Source of the DNA: the human T2T-CHM13v2.0 reference genome, Homo sapiens
Length of the DNA: 64,000 nucleotides
NCBI RefSeq assembly: GCF_009914755.1
Contig: NC_060941.1
Direction: 5' to 3' (one strand)
A program made the position numbers and the translations under genes. Under the pieces are notes generated by a model, which worked only from the letters and a program-made list of their open reading frames with translations, was not told the DNA's origin and searched no databases. The stretch's first letter is position 1. Every line of letters begins with the position of its first letter. This document shows positions 43,629 through 57,267 of this stretch, in pieces.

Positions 43629-45534
43629 TGAGTGGTGTCTCTTGGGGCCTCAGAGGCGTGAGTGGTGCTGGTGCCTCTCACCACGTTCCCACAGATTCCC
43701 GGGGTCTCGCAGGGTCTGTCTGGGGTCTGAAGGGAGAAGCGAGACACACGCTGTACCAGTTGGTGGCTCAGCGAGGAAGATGTGCCTGCAGCATATGGTT
43801 CTCCGGGCGGCCAGGCCTCAGCCCCTGCGCCTCCTCTTCTAGCCTCCACATGAGGCAGGGAAATGACCGTTGTGTGTACAATGGACGTAAAGGTAGTATG
43901 AGTACAAGGTGGTCCCTGTGTGTAGGAAGGCGTTGTGGGAGCTCCTCCAGCTTGGTGCTCCCACGGACGTGCTTGCGGACGCTCATCAGCCACCCGGCAA
44001 GTGAGAGCTCTGCGTTCCTGAGGATGGAATGTCAAGTGAGAAACATCGCTGCTTTCTAGAAGTTTCTGGCTTTACATGGAGGCAGAGTATAGACCCTGTG
44101 GGCCTTGACCTCAGAATTGGGAACATCCTCTGGAAGGGTTGTTCCCAGCATGTGCGAGGACGAGGACACGGGCCTGGTGTCCCCTCGGGCGGGGCCTCGG
44201 CAGCCTCTCCCATGAGAGCACAGATGCCGCTCTCGGCAAACAGGAACTCGGCCCAGCCATGTTTTCTTTTCTCGTTACGACTATAATCAGCTGCACATAA
44301 AGGGGCAGTTCGATCGATTTTGATAGGTGTCCACCCTTAAAATCTTCCCCAGTCAGGACGGTGGGCTCCAGCCCAAGGTTTCCTCCCAGCCCTTCGAGTC
44401 CGTGCCCCTGACCTGCGTCACCATAGCCTCAGCCCATGGTCACTTGAGGCGCTGGGCCGCGTGCCGGTCGCTCATTCCTCCGTGCCGGTCGCTCATTCCG
44501 CCTTGCCGTTCGCTCATTCCTCCTTGCTGACCAGTCGTGTCTGTTGGTGGAGGCACCACAGTGCATCTGTCTGTGGGCATTTTGGTTGTTGCCGCATCGG
44601 GGCTGTTGCTGGTAGAGCTGCAGGCAGTCTGTGTGTGCGAGCCTGTGGGTAGGTGTGCACAGCTGGGCCTCCCTCTCTGTGGGCTGCGGAGCCCAGCTCT
44701 CCTGTGTGTTAGTCGGCCTGTGCTAAAGCTCTCCTGATGCTCCTGTCGCCCAGAGGGGACCTCCCCAGCCTCCTTTTCTGTGGGGTAAATACCGAGGCGC
44801 CGCAGGCTGGCTCACACAGAGGCGAATGTCTAGCTTTGGAAAGCTGCTGGAGGGTTTCCAGAACGCCCACGTGTCATGTCTTTCTGCTGATGCTGTCTGA
44901 GGTCACTCTCACTGGCGCGTTGCTGTTTTATATTCTCTTTGGAGAAGTGTCTTCATTTTTTTCTGTTCTCCTTCCCTGACTGTTGTGGTCTGATCCTCCC
45001 TTGTCACACATGTGACTTGAGGGTGTTTTCTCCCTGCCTGTCCTTTCACGCACCGAGCGGGGGCCTCACACTTTCCTCACGTCCCAGCATCTCCCCTTGT
45101 TCTCTGAGGCACAGATTTTTCTGGTGTGTCTAAGACAGCTTGCCTAATCCGTGGTCACTGAGATTTTCTGTTTTGTCCTAGAAGATTTATAGTTTTGGGT
45201 TGTGTATTTAGACCTGGGACGCGTCTTGAGTGAGGTTTCTTACATGGTATAGCGTCGGCACAGGCACCTTGACGCCCAGCGGTGCCCACCCCAATTGCTG
45301 GGAGGGCTCCCCTCTCCGCTGCATTGCCGTTGCAGCTTTGTAAGAAACTGTGGGTTTACTTTGGACTCTCCTGTGCCCGACGTGTTTGCTTCACTTTGCA
45401 CCAGGGCCGTGCTGTTTCTATCCCTTCCACTTTACCATCATTTTCGAAGTTCAGCGTCAGCCTCCAGCCTTGTTTCTTCTTTCCACAGTTGTTTTGTCTT
45501 TTCCTGAAGCTTTGCGTTTCCACGTAAATTATAA

Positions 45535-45720
<186 letters not shown>

Positions 45721-46257
45721 TGAGGCTCTGCTTTTCATGACTTCCTTTCCGATTAAGCCTAAGTAGCTCATGTATTAAAGAAAAAGTCATCAGACACAGA
45801 GATCAGAATTCCAGGAAATGATCTTCCAGTGCGTTCTGGGTCAGTTATGGTGACTGTAAATACCGTCATCACAGCTGGCCCTCAAAATAACGCAATAATA
45901 ACATATTTACATAATGACATATTATGACTGTAAGTGCAGTCAGCCCCATCTGGGGCTGAGGCGGGGGCCCTGCTGTGCACTCTCCCCCCAGCTATCCCAC
46001 CGGGCCAGGGGTGGGCCTCAGGGTTGTGCTGGGAGCCGCAGGGCCTGAAGGGGCCTCGGCTGTACGGGGATGAGACTCGCAGGGGAGAGGGCAGAGGCCG
46101 GTGACCTGGCGAGGACTTGCCCAGGAGATTGGAGCTCCTTGCTTCTGCGCCACGCGGATGCCCCAGGCTGGTCTCAGCTGGGTTGTTGGCTCTGAGTGGT
46201 CATCTCGTTGCTGCCATATTTTCTTGCTTCATTGAATTTCACCGTGTTGGGCCAGTC

Positions 46258-46535
46258 TTTTTTTTTTTTTTTTTTTTGAGACAGGGTCTAGCTCTGTTTC
46301 CCAGGCTGGAGTGCAGTGGCACAATCACAGCTCACTGCAGCCTCTACCTCAGCCTCCCAAGTATCTGGGACTACAGGCATGCGCTGTAGTCTAATGTACG
46401 GCTAATGTTTGTATTTTTAGTAGAGACAGGATTTCACTATGTTTCCCAGGCTGGTCTTGAACTCCTGGCCCCAAGTGCCTGCCTTGGCCTCCTAAAGTGC
46501 TGGGATTACAGGTGTGAGCCACTGCGTCTGGCCTG
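46258..46535 (-). mobile_element. Alu (AluJ-like, internally deleted)
   Basis: Alu consensus antisense. Confidence 0.88.
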
Positions 46536-46602
46536 GATATATTTGTATCTGGGGCACGTTGGGTCATCCGGAGACAGCGTGGTCTGTTTTTGGGGGCACT
46601 GC

Positions 46603-46896
46603 TTTTTTTTTGTTTGTTTTGAGATGGAGTCTTGCTCTGTTGCCCAGGGTGTAGTGCAGTGGCTCGATTTCAGCTCACCGCAACCCCGTCCCGGGTTCAA
46701 GCAGTTCTCTCGCAGACTTCTGAGTAGCTGAGATTACAGCTGTGCACCATCACACCTGGCTGATTGTTTGTATTGTTAGTAGATACAGGGTTTCACCACA
46801 TTGGTCAGGCTGGTCTCGAACTCCTGACCTCAAGTGACCTGCCCACCTCGGCCTCCCAAAGTGCTGGGATTACAGGCGTGAGCCACTGAGCCTGGC
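46603..46896 (-). mobile_element. Alu
   Basis: Alu consensus antisense. Confidence 0.92.
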
Positions 46897-47464
46897 TTGG
46901 GCGCTACTCTTAAGCTGTCAGGTGGACCCAGAGCTGTGCTGGTCTCCAGGGTTTTCTGCCCCTTTAAGGTCTCTGCTCCCTGGCGCTTCCCTTCCCACCG
47001 CTGCTGGGGCAGTGCCGGGGCTTCTGGCCATCTTTTGGGTGGTTCGTCCCCAGCCTTGGACAGCGTCCTCGTACTCAGGTACTGGCTGACCCAGGCCCAG
47101 GTTAGTCCTCAGCGGCCCCCAGGAAGCCCCCTCTGGTGCTCAGAACCTGAGCGAGCTCTGCAGACTTGGAATTTCCCGCTTCTCACCACGGGCTTCCCGC
47201 TGGAGTCTGCCACCTGCTGGACTTGGCTCTGCCTTAACCTTCGGGCGGGAGGCAGATCTGGTCTCTGTTGCTCCATCTTTGCTGGACGCTGCACATGTTT
47301 TTAAATCTAACAGCATTGAAGGGTTTCCCCTTTTAATTTCTTAATGGGGCATCACTGACTGACCTTCTTACACCTGCTGTTGGAACAGCCTCCATGTTCA
47401 CAGGTGCACCCAGCTCGGTTGTGGCGTATTATCCTTTAATACAATGCTAAATACTCCATTTAAA

Positions 47465-47756
<292 letters not shown>

Positions 47757-47800
47757 TAAAATATTGACATATATTTTTCTGGCTTAAAAATTTCAAAATA

Positions 47801-48058
47801 AGCCTGGGCGCCATGGCTCACGCCTGTAATCCCAGCACTTTGGGAGGCCAAGGCGAGTGGATCACTTGAGCTCCGGAGTTTGAGACCAGCCTGGCCAACT
47901 TGGTGAAACCCCATCTCTACAAAAAATACAAAAACATTAGCCGGGTGTGGTGGTGCCTGTACGGCTTGGGCCTGGGAGGCGAAGGTTGCCGTGAGCTGAG
48001 ATTGAGCCACTGTGCTCCAGCCTGGGCAACACAGCCAGACTCTGTTTCAAAAAAAAAA
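47801..48058 (+). mobile_element. Alu with right-arm deletion
   Basis: gcctgggcgccatggctcacgcctgtaatcccagc...poly-A. Confidence 0.92.
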
Positions 48059-50235
48059 TTTTTTTTCCAAGATAGGATGGTAGAGAAAATACCTCCTGCC
48101 ATGTCCTGCTATGAATACAGCTTTGTATTTCTCTCTACAGTTTTGTCAGTTTTGGCTTTTCAGATTTTGAAGCGTGTTTGTGGGCTGAATCTTGCCCTTA
48201 TCACCCATTTCTAGGATGCTTTTTGCTCCACTCATTCTTTGTCTTGCTTCACTTGACTTTGAACTGTATACTTTTTTCCATCGTTTTACTTTCAGTATCT
48301 TCATACATGTATGTTTTTGTACGCCTCTCTTAGAACAGTGTATGGTTTTGTAAAAATTCAGCCTGTAGCTTTTACCTGCTTCCTTCATGACCTTTATAAT
48401 CCCCTTGGTTCTCAGCCTGCCACTCACAGGACTTTTCCCTGTGCTGCGTTCCCAGTGCCCCCTCCCCGCCCCCACCTGTGCTTTTTGTTGGATTAGTAGA
48501 ATTGCTTTTGTCATTCCATTGTTTTCATATATTTGTTTGGGACATTTTACTTTTTTCTGTTAACGCTTACCCTAGAAATTAGAAATGACACCACGTATTC
48601 TTAGCGAAGTCCAGTTTTCAGCATTTTGTCCTTATTGGACAATAGCAAGGATATTAGAACGTGTTGGTTCCGCGTGCTTCCGTCTTGAGTTATGTGCTGC
48701 TATTGTCGGATATTTTGTCTTAGATGTACGTACTTTCCTGTTCATTGTGGTATGTGTAATTTGCGTTACTTTGAATTTTCCACGTTTTTACTTTCTTTGT
48801 CTCTCATCACTTACTGCTTTTGGGACCCCCCCCATCGGGGTTCACATTCCCTCTCCCTAGAGCACACTCCCTTGGATTTCCTCGAGTGGGGTCTGCTGCG
48901 GTGAAGCTTTCCCATTTTATGTGCAGATTATTTTCAGAGGGTATATAGAATTCAGGCAGCTGTTTCGTTGTAGCACATTAAAAATATTTTCCCACTTCCT
49001 CCTTGCTTCTGTTGTTGCTTTTGAGTGTTACCTCTGAGTCTGCCTGTGCTCCCTGGAAACGGCCCGGGTTTCCCACCCCCTGCCCAGGTTTGCTCCTTCC
49101 GTGGTTTTTCTGTCATTATCACGCTCACGTGTTTCCCTCGGTCACCCCCTCTGCAATTTTCACACGTCTTTTCCCTCTCTCTTTGCTTCATTACCTTTGG
49201 CCCGCCTGCCAGCTGCTGATTCTCTCTGAAGATGTCTCTAAATGACTTTTAACTGTGATTTGTGGAATTCTTATTGTGGAGTTTTGCGTCTTTTCAGGTG
49301 TAGGTTTTTTGTCTCGCGTGTTTCCACGTCTGCTTGTAGCGCTTTCCGCTTCGCCGTTCCCTGCGGCCCTTCCTTCCGTGCCCGGTGTTCATCCTCTTGA
49401 ATGCTCTTTTCCTGCCTGTTTGGCTGGGTGTGTCTGAGTTGCAACCTGAGCGGGTTTCTTTGTCTTCTTACTTGTCTGGTATTGTGTTCTCTCGGGACGT
49501 TGCGTTTGAGGGGTCGCACCTCAGAGCAAGCCGAGGTCTGGGCTAAGCCTGTGCTTTGGCAGGCAGGACCTTAGTTTGCCTTTTCTGGGCACCTGAGGAG
49601 AGGGTAGCAGCAGCCTGGGGTCTCCTTGACTCACGGTCAGCAGTGAGGGTTTCCTGGCCTGTTGGGTGGCTGGAGCTTGGCTGCATTCCCCACTGAGAGA
49701 GGGAGGTGCGCACCTTCTCCTCCCTGGAGTGGCCTTCCAGGTGCCCTCTGAGAGCTGCTCATCAGGGCTGTGCCTTTGTCAGCACCAAGCCTCAGCCCTT
49801 GTCCCTGCTGCCACTGAAGGCTCAAAACAACACTGCACAGCCTTGTGTGTCCTCTGTGTGTCGGCAGTTTCCCCCGGCTCTGCAGCAGCCCAGGCCAGGT
49901 AGCCTCTGGAGGGAGTGGTGGAGGAGCACGGGCATCCTGGCCGCCGCTGTGTTGGGGACAGACCCTGGGGCCTGGAAAGGGAGGTGAGGCCCCGTGGGGG
50001 CTGCTGCACCACAGGCAAGAGAGCAAGAGACAGCAGAGGCCGGCCAGGTGGTGGCACAGCCGCTAGGGACCAGGCCGGCCTGTGGAGGTATTGGGATGGG
50101 GACCAGCGGACTTGCTGGCAGAGGGGCCTCAGGGCTGCAGGCTTCTTGGACTGAGCCACTGGGAGGACGGAGTTGACCTTCTTTGAGACAGAAAAAGTGT
50201 GCATCCCGGGGCTGCCTGTGAAAGCTCATCTCTAA

Positions 50236-50346
<111 letters not shown>

Positions 50347-50829
50347 TGAGTTTCAAGTGCTACTGGCCTTAGACGGAATGGCAGGGCGCAGCCTCCCTTG
50401 GCTGAGGGCAGGAGTCCACGGCTCCAGGCGGGAGAGGAGCAGTTAGTGTTACTCCTCAAGCTAACCTAAGATCGTGCATTCCAATGTTCAAAGCAGTCGC
50501 AATGGGAGGTGAGGCAGCCCAGGTGCTGGTGGAGGGAGTTCCCGCGGGAACAGGCGAGCTCTGCCTCTGCTGCCCTCGCGCTCTGCCCTGGGGGGAGGGA
50601 GGCTCCGGAAAGGAGCTGCGTGGTCAGGGGCTGCCTCCCCGATTCTCCTGTGTGCCCTGGGGGTCGCTGTTGAGTGCCTTGCTCTGCGGCGCTCAGGTGG
50701 ACACTGGGCAGGTGCGCCAGCCAGCGATAGGCACCTTGGCTGCTCTGTGGCTCCTTGAGGTGGGGGTCCTCATGGCAGGGCGAGCGGCCCTGCAGGAGAT
50801 CCTCTGTGAGGCGTCCTCACTTCCCACAG

Positions 50830-51174
<345 letters not shown>

Positions 51175-51719
51175 TGACAAGAAGGCCTTCGCTGGCACTG
51201 TTGTGTTGGTGTGCTTTCCAGCCGAGCCCCTCTCGTTAACGCGCCTGGGTGACGACGCGTCACAGGCACGCGGCTGCCAAGGGGCTCTGGACGCCACTGT
51301 TCTGGCTTTAAGGACGGGCTGTCCGGCTGGCGTTTCTATGGACATACATTGAGGGGTGACCTGGCGGTGGGATCTGGCTCAGGAGCTTCCAGAAGGACCC
51401 AGGCTGAAGTGGTTCAGCCACACCTAGGGGCAGTGCCCTTCATCCCCAGCACTCCCCGGCTATTAGATTTCTAGGATTTCTTTTCTCCTGGCTGCAAAAA
51501 AAACCTCAGATGATACAAAGGTGACATTTTCCTAAAAGGCAAAAGTAACTTCATGTTGTATGGTGGTTCTCGAAGTGGGGTGCCGGACCCTCAGGCTTGG
51601 CACCTCTGGGGCTTCAGCAGTGCAGCTCTTGGGCCCTGTGCTGCCGACTCAGCACCTCCAGGGTGGGCCCGGGGCTCAGACCACCAGCGCAGTGAGACAT
51701 GATGACCAGGGCACCACTC

Positions 51720-52291
51720 GAAAAGAGAGCAGGCGAGATTGCTTCCCTGATGAAAAGAGAGCAGGCGAGATTGCTTCCCTGATGAAAAGAGAGCAGGCGA
51801 GATTGCTTCCCTGGTGAAAAGAGAGCAGGTGAGATTGCTTCTCTGGTGAGGGAGCAGGTTGGTTAATAGCAGGTGAGATTGCTTCTCTGGTGAAAACAGA
51901 GCAGGCGAGATTGCTTCTCTGGTGAGGGAGCAGGTTGGTTAATGGAGAGCAGGTGAGATTACTTCTCTGATGAAAAGAGAGCAGGCGAGATTGCTTCTCT
52001 GGTGAGGGAGCAGGTTGGTTAATAGATAGCGGGCGAGATTGCTTCTCTGGTGAGGGAGCAGGTTGGTTAATAGATAGCGGGCGAGATTGCTTCTCTGGTG
52101 AGGTAGCAGGTTGGTTAATAGAGAGCAGGTGAGAGTGCTTCTCTGATGAAAAGAGAGCAGGCGAGATTGCTTCTCTGGTGAGGGAGCAGGTTGGTTAATA
52201 GCAGGCGAGATTGCTTCTCTGGTGAGGGAGCAGGTTAGTTAATAGAGAGCAGGCGAGATTGCTTCTCTGGTGAGGGAGCAGGTTGGTTAAT
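51720..52291. repeat. Mosaic VNTR of 32-bp and ~46-50-bp units sharing agcaggcgagattgcttctctgg
   Basis: direct reading. Confidence 0.93.
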
Positions 52292-52467
52292 AAAGCATTT
52301 AAACAAGAATGATGTCATCTTCACTGCTGGGATCCTGCAGCTAGCTGTGTGTCTGTGGAGGGAGGAGGTGGTTAATGGGCCTGGAAGGCACCTCCTCTTG
52401 GTTGCAGCCCTGCTGTGGCTGGGATGGGATGCAGGGTCAGCGTCCTCCTCCTGACGCCTTCCACTGA

Positions 52468-52665
<198 letters not shown>

Positions 52666-53399
52666 TGAGTGAAGGCCCTTCCTGCACGGCCACCTGGGCC
52701 TGGCACCGCCCCTCTTCCTGTCCCCACCGTGTCTACTCGTCTCTCCCAAAACCCTCTGATAGGAGGAGGAAAGAGGGTTCCCAGGTCTCCACATCCTCTG
52801 CTTGGGTTTTACAAGGCAGCCGTGCTGCTGTAGCCGAAACCTCTTCTCAACCGCCCTGTCCCCAAACAGTGTCAGGTGTCAGGAACACAGCAAAGCCATC
52901 CATCCCACCAGGGGAGCGGGCACCTGTACCACAAGGCTGTGTCTGGTGGCCTGTGGAGCAGAGGGCACTGAAGGCCTGGCAGGTGCTGCTGCCCCAGACC
53001 TCTCTAAAGTTCTCTTGGAATAGGCCGTGTGAGCACCTGTTGGAAATCAAGAGGCACAGGCGGAAATAAGAAAAGCTCTCCCCACGCCTCTGCTCTGATG
53101 TCCACCCCCTTCCTCAGGGCCATGAGGCCCTCAGGAGGCCATAGTGCCACTCTCCACGTTTACTTTGGCAGGCACAGTTTCTGCAACATGGGCTGGCTTC
53201 TTTACCATGGGTGGAGTAGAATGGCGGTTTTGAAAGATGTGTGTATTGAGTTGGGGGTGGGAGGGTCTGAATGAGAGCAGAGTGGGGAAAGTGCAGGCTC
53301 AGGTGTCCTGGGCCAACCGGTATGTTCCTGGGAACAGCAGTGATGGTGTCTTACACATATGGGCATGGGCACCCATGCTGGCTCACACACATGCTCACT

Positions 53400-53434
<35 letters not shown>
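53400..53434. repeat. (CG)3(CA)n microsatellite
   Basis: direct reading. Confidence 0.9.
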
Positions 53435-53436
<2 letters not shown>

Positions 53437-54537
53437 CTAAAAGGGGAGCAGTCTCGTCACCCCGTGTTGGAGATCAGGACTGAAGCAACCAGAGGCTGTG
53501 TGGGTGTCCACATGGCATACCCGGGGTGGTGGAGTCCCAGGTGTCCTGCCTGTGGACGCTGCTCTGTTTTGAGTGCCGACTGTGAGGGCCTCCGTGCTGA
53601 TCCCGGTGCGTTGCTACAGGTCTGTGGGGTCCACGCCCCTTGTTGAATCCAGCAAGGACGTAGGTGACGTTCCCTAGGTGTCTCCTCGGAACAGTGACCT
53701 TCCAACAGGGCTGGGTTCCCATAGAGCTCACGCACCAGGCAGCCGCTGTGGCCTCGGAGGACAGAGGTGGCCTCTCCAGGGCTTCCGCGAGGTTTTCTGG
53801 TTTGGGGAGGAGTGTGTGTCTGCTCCTAAACAAACACGTGGTCCCAGGAGAGGAACCGGGAGCAGCTGGGCTGTCTTCTCAACATGCGTTGAGAGAATGG
53901 CCATCTTAACTACTGCTCTGGATACCCGTTTTTACAATGATTTTTTTTAAAAAAAAACACCAAGGTGCATTCTGGACCAGATTCTAAAATAATTGGCTTT
54001 AGGACTGAAGAAGCCAGGTGTCCCGAGCGGGGCGAGGCCTCCTCCAGCGAGGCTGGGTCGGGGTGGCCTCCTTTCCTCACATCAGGGAGGGAGGAACTAG
54101 CAGGGTGGGCCTGGGGGCTTCTCCTATCGTTTAATCCCCTTTCTGTTAAAAAAAAAAATCCTTAGAATTTAAAGAGAATATTTTAAATTAGAAACGAAAA
54201 ACATGCCCCAGATATCTCCACAGCATTGCTAGAATTTTTATTTCGCATCAACAGCTAAATTAAAACCTGGAAAACCCTTGTCAGCCCCTCCTTGGCCTCG
54301 CTTGGTCTGTCCTCCCGCAGTCCCTGCGCTGGGCGTGGTCCTTCCCGAGGGGCACCCCTTGTTGGGAAGGAACCGTCCTCCTGCGATTCCGGAAAGGGCT
54401 CAGGCTCGAGGCTCTGCTGGAGAACGTGCTCCTGTGACGTCTTTTCTGCCCTCAGCCTGGCTATGGATGTCGGGGGTGAGGTCTCCTTTCCCTGACTGCG
54501 GCCATGGAAGCTTGACGCGGGACCTCCGCACACCTGA

Positions 54538-54714
<177 letters not shown>

Positions 54715-55360
54715 TGAGCTCTGGAATGTTCTGGGGCCAGCGGCTGTGCTTAGCTTCTGCCAGCACGTCCACACGGCCCGTTCCCTCGTCTCATGTCAGG
54801 ACCCCTGGGATTACGGGACCAGCAGAGCTGCCTTCTCTGGCCACTGCCCACACCTGTGGGCCCCTGTGGCATCCAGGCCACTTGCTCTGGGGCGTTTGGG
54901 GGGCCGGGGAGTGGGTGGAGCTGGCACCAGCTTGATCCAGGCTCCTCATGCCTGGCCCTGGGGTCTGTTTGTGCTCCAAGTGCCAAGAGTGCCACCCTAC
55001 CCCTCCTCATCTGCTTCCCATGAGTGGGGCCGGGGCTGGGTGAGAGGCCCCCAGAAGCTGCCCCTGTGCACCTCACCAGCCCGTCACTCTTCTTCTAAAG
55101 TAACAAAAACAAGTACCTCAGTTCTCACGGGGGCTGGGGCCCAGGGTTGCTGTGCTGTCTCTCTAGTTACCAGGGTTGGCTCCTTCCTCTCAGCCTCCTT
55201 CCGGCAGGAGGTTATATCTGAGAGGGAGGAGGAGAACCATGTCCAGATACATGGGGGCAGTGGGGATGGGCTGAGCATCAGGACACAGCCTCCCCCATTT
55301 CTGTGTGTGTAAAGGCTGAACTCAACAGCAGACTTTGGAATTAAATGTGCTTTTTACATT

Positions 55361-55366
55361 TTTATT
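55361..55366 (-). terminator. B3GNTL1: Candidate distal B3GNTL1/QTGAL poly(A) signal (AATAAA on - strand)
   Basis: plus strand TTTATT; minus-strand GU-rich element (UGCUGUUGAG) about 30-40 nt downstream. Confidence 0.45.
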
Positions 55367-55640
55367 AGGAAAAATTTCAAACGTGTGAATGCAGGTTAAG
55401 AGCAGTGCAGTGAACCTCCCTTCCCGCTCCCCAGATGGGGTGCCCTTCCGAGGACACGTTAGTCATGAGCACCTGTCAGCCACATAGCTCAGGCTGCCGG
55501 GTGTGTGGGAAACGGCACAAATGGTTTCCTGCAGGAACCGTGTCAGTCCCCACACAGGGCCCAGAGGGGTGAGGGTCCCCTGGCTGGGAATGGTGTGTGT
55601 TGGAGCTGACCAGCCTGAGCTTGTCTTGTCTCTTCTTCAG

Positions 55641-55655
55641 CCTGGTGCCTGCTGA
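55641..55655 (+). CDS. TBCD: TBCD last exon coding part, PGAC-stop; 3' UTR follows
   Basis: tcttcttcag|CCT GGT GCC TGC TGA; closes the 2046-nt spliced frame. Confidence 0.93.
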   Translation, partial: PGAC

Positions 55656-55875
55656 AGCCAGTCCTGGAGCCCATACCTCACCCCTGCCTGGTGAGGATGT
55701 CTTGTTCCTGAGGGAGGCCGGTGTGGAAAGCCTCGCACAGTGGTGCCTCCAGCTGTTGAAGGGTAGCGCTGGCCCTTGGAGGCTGGCACTAGCTGACAGC
55801 TTTTCCTCTCTGCACCTGCGCTCTGGTGACTTGGGGTGGACGCCTCTGCCTTCACTTGAACACAAATGTGCTTCC

Positions 55876-55881
55876 TATAAA
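55876..55881 (+). terminator. TBCD: Candidate proximal TBCD poly(A) signal (variant TATAAA)
   Basis: TATAAA followed by U/GU-rich sequence about 25-50 nt downstream. Confidence 0.45.
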
Positions 55882-56355
55882 ATCATGTACCAAGAAGTTC
55901 CTGCCTTTTGTCTCTGAGCCTGATGTGTGTAGGGGTGATGGAAAGGCTCACTGCCCAGGGGTCAGCCAGAGGGGAGGTGGGCTGCACTCCTCCTGCCTGG
56001 AGACCAGGCCCCCTTCTTGCCTGGTGCTGTCCCTGCTGTGGGAGACGTCTGGCCACAGGCAGTGCCCCACCCAGTCTTGGAGAGAGATGAATGTTAAATC
56101 AGAGGTTCAAATGCTAGAGAACTGAGAAGCCCTGGTGGCAGGCATGGTCTGGAGTGCTGGGCAGATGCTGTTTCTGGGCCCGTCTGCCTGGTGGGGGTGC
56201 TGTCCTCCCCCCTGTGCACACGTGAGCATCGTGCATGTGGCCCCTCTGCAGTGCAGGAGTCACTGATTGATGGGTGTGCCGACCAGCAGCTTCACAAATG
56301 TCTGCTGCAAGGGGAATCGTCAGAGTCCAATGTGTGCCTCTACAGTAATGTGGGA

Positions 56356-56361
56356 AATAAA
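56356..56361 (+). terminator. TBCD: Candidate TBCD poly(A) signal AATAAA
   Basis: first canonical hexamer after the stop codon. Confidence 0.5.
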
Positions 56362-56984
56362 TACCATTCTTGAAATAATTACACTGTCTTAAGAGAGCCT
56401 GGGCAGAGTCCACACTTGGGTTTTTAGGCAAAGGGCAGGAGGCTACCTTTGTCTCTGTGTCTGAGCTCGTGCTGATCCATCCCAAAGCTGGTGAGGGGAA
56501 CGTGTATAAAAATTTCACTGTGGTAGCAACCCACACCCATCTCTGGGACCTGTGCTGTGCTCATAGGGCTTGAGGTGCAGAACCACGGCCAGCAGCACCA
56601 AAGCAGCCCCAGGTGTGGCCACTCAGAGGCCCAAGGGCTTGGGTGAGCAACCCTTTCCCTATGTGAGGAGCCCAGGGGTGCCATGTGCGTGGTGTAGATT
56701 AGGGTGGCTCCCTGGCCTGCTCTCAGGTGGGGATGGGGCCTGGACACAGGAACATGGGCAGGCCAAGAACTGGGAGGTGCCACCGCATCTGTGAGGCTTG
56801 TGAGGTCACCAGGACCACAAGACCAGGACTGTGACAGTCCGTGCTGTGTGTTTAGCAGACAGCTCTTCACGGGATGTGTGTGACGACCTGGCCACACAGG
56901 AGTGTGGGGTTAACACACTACTGTTGTTGTGTTTGACCTGGTGGCCAATGGTCTTTATACCCTAAAAGAGCCTTGGGTTACATT

Positions 56985-57267
56985 TTTACGAGATTTAAAT
57001 ATTTTATTCCAACCTGTGTAATAGGGGTCTCCTCCTCCTTGAACTGTCCCGATTGGCTGGGGTCACGTGGTGAGGGTCCTGGGTGACCAGGCCTAGCCTT
57101 GGCCACATGAGTCCACACAGTGGAAAAGGCTTGGCTCCTGTGGTCGGCACACATGAGACTCTGGTTGCGCCTGCTGGGTGTGGAACAGGCGCACCATCGC
57201 CATGCCTGCAGCTCACAAAGCTCCTGCTGGCCTGGGATGCACTGAGGATGGAAGGAACAAGTGGCTT
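56985..57267 (-). other. B3GNTL1: Probable non-coding terminal exon of B3GNTL1/QTGAL
   Basis: minus-strand donor CAG|gtgggt at 60099/60098, acceptor tttttctcag| at 57268/57267, minus-strand AATAAA at 57008-57003; lower boundary approximate. Confidence 0.6.

Noticed and set aside
48585-48860. 91-aa hydrophobic ORF resembling a membrane peptide
   Set aside because: T-rich antisense L1-like sequence routinely yields F/L/V/C-rich ORFs
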